Below, piece after piece: positions 59,916 to 64,000 of a stretch of DNA of 64,000 bases (its first letter is position 1; every line of letters starts with the position of its first letter). Source of the DNA: a candidate division FCPU426 bacterium (GTDB lineage Bacteria > Oederibacteriota > Muellerivitia > Muellerivitales > Muellerivitaceae); assembly GCA_963719085.1 (NCBI GenBank), contig CAVRAL010000004.1:960001-1024000 (forward strand), in the 5' to 3' direction. Under the pieces are notes generated by a model. It was given only the letters and a program-made list of their open reading frames with translations. It had not been told where the DNA came from and made no database searches. The position numbers and the translations under genes are program-made.

Positions 59916-62753
59916 GTGATGAACTGGTTTGGCCCCGCTCGAAGGATCTCGATCATCTTTTCTTGTGTTCTGTCATTGGGCGCCGGTTCCGTATGGGCCG
60001 GTTCATTACCGGCCTTTCCCGGGGCGCAAGGGTTTGGCGCCACGGCCACGGGTGGCCGCGGCGGGACGGTCTACCACGTCACCAACCTGAATGATTCGGG
60101 CGCGGGATCTTTCCGCGACGCGGTCAGCGCTGGAAACCGCGTAGTGGTCTTCGATGTCGGCGGCTACATCGTCCTCAAATCGGCGGTTTCGCTGAGCAGT
60201 AACCTCACGATTGAGGGCCAGACGGCCCCGGGCGGGGGCATCGGCCTCATGGCGGGCGAAGCGTCGCTGAGCGGAAAAACCAATATCATCATCCGCAATG
60301 TTCGTTTTCGCCAAGGCAACGAGGATCCCGATGCCGGCAAAAGCGCCTTCAATATGGGGAATGGGAGCGATATTATCCTGGATCATTGCTCGTTTGAATA
60401 CGGGCAGTGGGACAGTGTGGACGCCGTCGGCACGGTCAATTTCACCGTGCAAAATTGCATCATCGCCGATCCCATCGGCCAGCAATTCGGCGCGCATGTG
60501 GAAGTCGGCCCCGGCACCTTCTACCGAAATCTCTGGGTCAACGCCCATAACCGACAACCCTTAGCCAAATCCGACACTCAGTACATCAATAACGTCATCT
60601 ACGATTACCAGGCGGCATATACCACGGCCAACACAGGCGGGGCCTTTTCCCACGACATTGTGGGCAACTATTTCATTACCGGACCCAGAACCACCAGCAC
60701 GGGTGACACCTACTACCAGGTCGACGCCAACCAAAGCGCCTACGCCGCCGGCAATTACCTGGACAGCAACCGGGACGGCGTTCTCAATGGGTCGCCCTAC
60801 AACACCGTGGGCAGCGCCGCCGTCCTTAGCGCGCCTTGGGCGCCCACCACCTCGTCCATTCCCACGCTGAGCGCGGTCCCCGCGTCTGATTGCCAGACGG
60901 GCGTCTATGCCAGCGTGACCGAATCCTGCGGCGCTTTTCCGCGCGACGCGGTTGACAATTTTGTGCTCGGTGACGTGGGCTCTCTGGGACTCACGGGAAC
61001 GATTTACACGAATCAGGCCAGCACCGGCTTGGCGAACAACGGCTACGGAACCTTGGCCGGCGGAACACCATTCGCGGACACCAGCGGAGACGGCATTGCC
61101 GATTACTGGGCCCAGGCCAACGGAATCAGCGCCACTAATTCGGCGGCTGGTGCCGCCATTTATGGGACGAGCGGTTACACCAATCTGGAGGTCTACGCGA
61201 ACAGCTTGGTATTGCCTGCGCCTTGGGTCGGGGGGGATCTTCCGGGCACGCCGATCCAGGGCGCGAGTTCCTACAATTCATTCACCAACCAGTGGCTGTT
61301 GACGGGAAGCGGCACCGCTTCCTCATCGGCTATCACGCAGGGACAGTTCGCGTCCCAACCCTGGACGGCGGACGGCATCCTGGGAGCGGAACTGTTGAGC
61401 CTCGCGGGTTCCGCCGCCGAGGGCGGGCTTTTGTTGAGGAGCGGGACAGGCCCCGGAACCGCTTACGTTGCCTTGGCCCAAAGCGGATCGGGTACTTTGT
61501 TCTTCATTTGGCAGAGCGCGGGTGGAAGTCCGCAAAGCGTTCAAGTAAGCCATGCCCTGTCGACGATCTATTTGGAAATCATCGCCGCTGCTGGATCTTA
61601 CGCGGGTTACTACAGTACCAATGGGACGACTTACACCTTGTTGGGAAAAGCGAATGTCAGTTTAGGCTCCGGAACCCAGGCGGGCCTGGTGTTGGCCTCG
61701 GGAAACGCGACGGCGCTTGGGACAGCTTCTTTTACCAATCTGGGCATTAGTTTTTCAGGCTGTGCCACACCGACTCCCGTCAGCGCGGGCCCGACTCCGT
61801 CGCCGACCGCGACGCCCACCCGCACAAGTACGTTCACAGCGACGCCTACGAAGACCCTCACCCGCACCGCCACGGCGACGCTGACGCCAACCCATACCGT
61901 CAGCGCGACGCCGACAAAGACCTCAACCCCGACCGCCACCAGAACGCCAACGGCAACCGCGACCAAGACAATGTCTCCAACAGCGACTTTGACCGTTTCT
62001 TTAACCCCGACTATGACGACGACTAAAAGCCCAACGAAGACTCCAACTGTTACTTTGACGGCAAGTCCGACCGTGACGCTTACCTTAACGCCCAGCCTAA
62101 CCACGTCCTCTACGCCGACGAAAACCGCGACTAGGACGGTGACTTCGACGGCATCCCCCACGGGGACGGTGACAAAAACACAAACGCCGGTTTCTTCGGC
62201 GACGGTGGCCGACAGTTTTACTTCAACTCCTTCCGCCACCGCTTCGCCCACTCGGACTTCCTCTTCAACTCCGACTCCAACCGCGACATTGACCAGCACG
62301 ACGACCGCGAGCTTTACTCTGACGCAAACCCCGGTCTTTACCCAGACGTCTACTCCGACCTTTACACAGACCCTAACCCCGACCGCCAGCCCGACGGAAA
62401 CCTTGTCCCTGACGCCAACGCCAACTGTGATCTTACCCGCCACCGCCACGCCGACCTTGGGGCAGGGTCCTCCTATCACGACGCCCATTCCTTTCCCCAA
62501 CCCGGCGCCGGGTTCGACGGTGACGATTTCTTTCACGCTGCGGGATAACTCGCCTTGGCTCCACATCGAAATTTTCACCACGGCCTTCCGCAAGGTGAAT
62601 CAGGTCGATCTGTCAAACCTGTCGGCGGGCGCCCAGCTTGTTTCCATTCCATTGACCGATGGCCATGGAGCGCCCCTGGCTAACGGTGTTTATTACATCG
62701 TCGTCGTGAACCAACAAAGTAGGGCCATTGGGAAACTCTTAATTATCAAATAA
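59916..62753 (+). CDS. Secreted pectate lyase (PL1-like) + beta-sandwich domain + Thr/Pro linker + T9SS-like CTD
   Basis: AFPGAQGFG, GGRGG, VTNLNDSGAGSFRDA, GQTAPG, IILDHCSF, NRQP, DTSGDGIADYW; CTD FPNP...FTTAFRKV...KLLIIK. Confidence 0.88.
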   Translation: MMNWFGPARRISIIFSCVLSLGAGSVWAGSLPAFPGAQGFGATATGGRGGTVYHVTNLNDSGAGSFRDAVSAGNRVVVFDVGGYIVLKSAVSLSSNLTIEGQTAPGGGIGLMAGEASLSGKTNIIIRNVRFRQGNEDPDAGKSAFNMGNGSDIILDHCSFEYGQWDSVDAVGTVNFTVQNCIIADPIGQQFGAHVEVGPGTFYRNLWVNAHNRQPLAKSDTQYINNVIYDYQAAYTTANTGGAFSHDIVGNYFITGPRTTSTGDTYYQVDANQSAYAAGNYLDSNRDGVLNGSPYNTVGSAAVLSAPWAPTTSSIPTLSAVPASDCQTGVYASVTESCGAFPRDAVDNFVLGDVGSLGLTGTIYTNQASTGLANNGYGTLAGGTPFADTSGDGIADYWAQANGISATNSAAGAAIYGTSGYTNLEVYANSLVLPAPWVGGDLPGTPIQGASSYNSFTNQWLLTGSGTASSSAITQGQFASQPWTADGILGAELLSLAGSAAEGGLLLRSGTGPGTAYVALAQSGSGTLFFIWQSAGGSPQSVQVSHALSTIYLEIIAAAGSYAGYYSTNGTTYTLLGKANVSLGSGTQAGLVLASGNATALGTASFTNLGISFSGCATPTPVSAGPTPSPTATPTRTSTFTATPTKTLTRTATATLTPTHTVSATPTKTSTPTATRTPTATATKTMSPTATLTVSLTPTMTTTKSPTKTPTVTLTASPTVTLTLTPSLTTSSTPTKTATRTVTSTASPTGTVTKTQTPVSSATVADSFTSTPSATASPTRTSSSTPTPTATLTSTTTASFTLTQTPVFTQTSTPTFTQTLTPTASPTETLSLTPTPTVILPATATPTLGQGPPITTPIPFPNPAPGSTVTISFTLRDNSPWLHIEIFTTAFRKVNQVDLSNLSAGAQLVSIPLTDGHGAPLANGVYYIVVVNQQSRAIGKLLIIK

Positions 62754-62795
62754 AACCGGTTCAATGAGATTCGGTTATTGGTCATCGCCTTCTTA

Positions 62796-62813
62796 TAAAG
62801 AAACCTTAAAGAA
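62796..62813 (+). promoter_or_regulatory. TAAAG-N6-TAAAG box upstream of the second PL4 gene
   Basis: TAAAGAAacctTAAAGAA; also TTAAG-N6-TTAAG at 62830-62845 and TATCAT at 62848. Confidence 0.55.
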
Positions 62814-62916
62814 GCTCAAGATGAGCTTTTTAAGCTTTTTTTAAGGCTATCATTCTTTCAACGACTGAAATCGTTTTTGAATTCTAGATAGCTTCGGGCC
62901 CTTGAAGAGGATCTCG

Positions 62917-64000
62917 TTGAGACTAAAAAACAACAAATTTATTCACGGTTTAACGCTGGCGGGCCGGCTTTTGACTTTCTTCTTTATCGGGATTGTCTCA
63001 GCTCACGCCAACGTGCCCGGCGGCGGCACCGGCACCGGCGCCAATGTGACCGTCACCGACAACGGCGGGACCGTGGTTCTCGCGAACGGCATTGTTTCCT
63101 TCACGATCAATAAGACCAGCGGTAATATTTCCAACTTCACTTATAACGGCACCAACCTTCTGGCTGGCGGCAACGGCGGAGGGTCCTTTTATTTCGACGG
63201 TTCCGGCGGGCCCGGTCTGACGAACACCGTCTATACGTTGACTGTGAATCCCGCCAACAACGGCGGCAACCAAGCGGAAGTGTGGCTTCAATCAACGGCC
63301 AGTCCCATGGACATGGCCGTCTATTACGATTTGCTTCGCGGACAACAGGGCATCTACGATACGGTGATCTTTACCCACCAGACCGGTTATCCGGACTACC
63401 CCGGCGCCGAACTGCGTTCCAATATGTATGTGGGCTCCATCTTCGATTGGTTGTGCGTGGATCCTTACCGTTTCCGACAAATGGCTCCTCCCAATACCGC
63501 GGTGACCACGGTGGCCGGAGCACCGCCGGAAGTGATGCAATACACCGCCGGGCCCTATAACGGACTGACGAATTGCAAATATTCCTACAGCTCTCCCCTG
63601 GGCCGGCTCGATACCTGGGGTTGGGCCTCCTCGACCTCGAAATACGGCGTTTGGCAAACCGTTCCCAGCCACGAATACTATGACGGCGGCCCCATGCATC
63701 GGGAACTCACCGAACATATCGGAAACACGCTCTTGAATATGTTTGGAGGCGGCCATTATGGATTCGGTTCGGACGGGGATGAGCCCGCCGGCAGTTTCGT
63801 CTCCAAGACCATCGGTCCCGCTTTCATTTACGCCAACCAGTACACGGGTCCGGCCAGTGATCCCGTTTCTCTCAAGGCCCGGGTCCTTTGGGCCGACGCG
63901 CAGGCGCAGGCCCAAGCGGAACAATCGGCCTGGCCCTACACTTGGTTCAATCCCCAGCCGGTGACCGGAGCGACCGGTACGGTTTATCCCCAGGCCGCCG
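62917..64000 (+). CDS. Second PL4 rhamnogalacturonan lyase paralog (3' truncated by window edge; absent from the ORF track)
   Basis: TTG 62917 after GAGG; MRLKNNKF...ANVPGGGTGTGANVTV; colinear with the 53494 gene incl. HEYYDGGPMHRELTEHIGNTLLNMFGGGHYG. Confidence 0.9.
   Translation, partial: MRLKNNKFIHGLTLAGRLLTFFFIGIVSAHANVPGGGTGTGANVTVTDNGGTVVLANGIVSFTINKTSGNISNFTYNGTNLLAGGNGGGSFYFDGSGGPGLTNTVYTLTVNPANNGGNQAEVWLQSTASPMDMAVYYDLLRGQQGIYDTVIFTHQTGYPDYPGAELRSNMYVGSIFDWLCVDPYRFRQMAPPNTAVTTVAGAPPEVMQYTAGPYNGLTNCKYSYSSPLGRLDTWGWASSTSKYGVWQTVPSHEYYDGGPMHRELTEHIGNTLLNMFGGGHYGFGSDGDEPAGSFVSKTIGPAFIYANQYTGPASDPVSLKARVLWADAQAQAQAEQSAWPYTWFNPQPVTGATGTVYPQAA

Noticed and set aside
39664..62593. Val/Gly-rich minus-strand ORFs (e.g. 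39664-40245, 43532-43951, 58427-59110, 61631-62593)
   Set aside because: Antisense shadows of the Thr/Pro linkers; ACN/CCN codons give stop-free reverse frames

Overview
Bacterial (Gram-negative-type, about 55-60% GC by eye) 64 kb window in two parts. Bases 1-38 kb are mostly housekeeping, transport and signalling genes: exbD/tonB, aconitase, copZ/copA, a split livK...livHMGF operon, an EAL protein, system II cytochrome c biogenesis (ccsB/ccsA), M32 peptidase, aldo-keto reductase, two tandem receiver proteins, sua5, ppc, purE, LysE, a double SDR, GH44, a GT-C-like membrane protein and a pseudo-cyclase/STAND/TPR protein. Bases 38-64 kb are a cluster of secreted plant-polysaccharide enzymes (GH8-malectin, GH74, GH5, PL4 twice, a GH51-like clan GH-A enzyme, PL1). 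Every complete one has the layout signal peptide - catalytic domain - long Thr/Pro linker - (DUF11 or CBM3 in four of six) - T9SS-like C-terminal domain (CTD). Main candidates for new biology: (1) a translationally coupled operon PorV-like barrel+TPR / histidine kinase / OmpR regulator / PA14-CBM9-CTD protein, with matching TAAAG-N6-TAAAG boxes upstream of itself and both PL4 genes, suggesting trans-envelope sugar sensing; (2) a GxxExxY nuclease gene bounded by 35-bp inverted repeats, inserted precisely at the livG/livF junction, plus gene-less sister palindromes, suggesting a RAYT/REPIN-like mobile system; (3) near-identical 3' module blocks shared between unrelated CAZyme genes, suggesting gene conversion or module shuffling. 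No rRNA, tRNA or CRISPR array was seen. All family calls come from motif recognition by eye; no database search was run.
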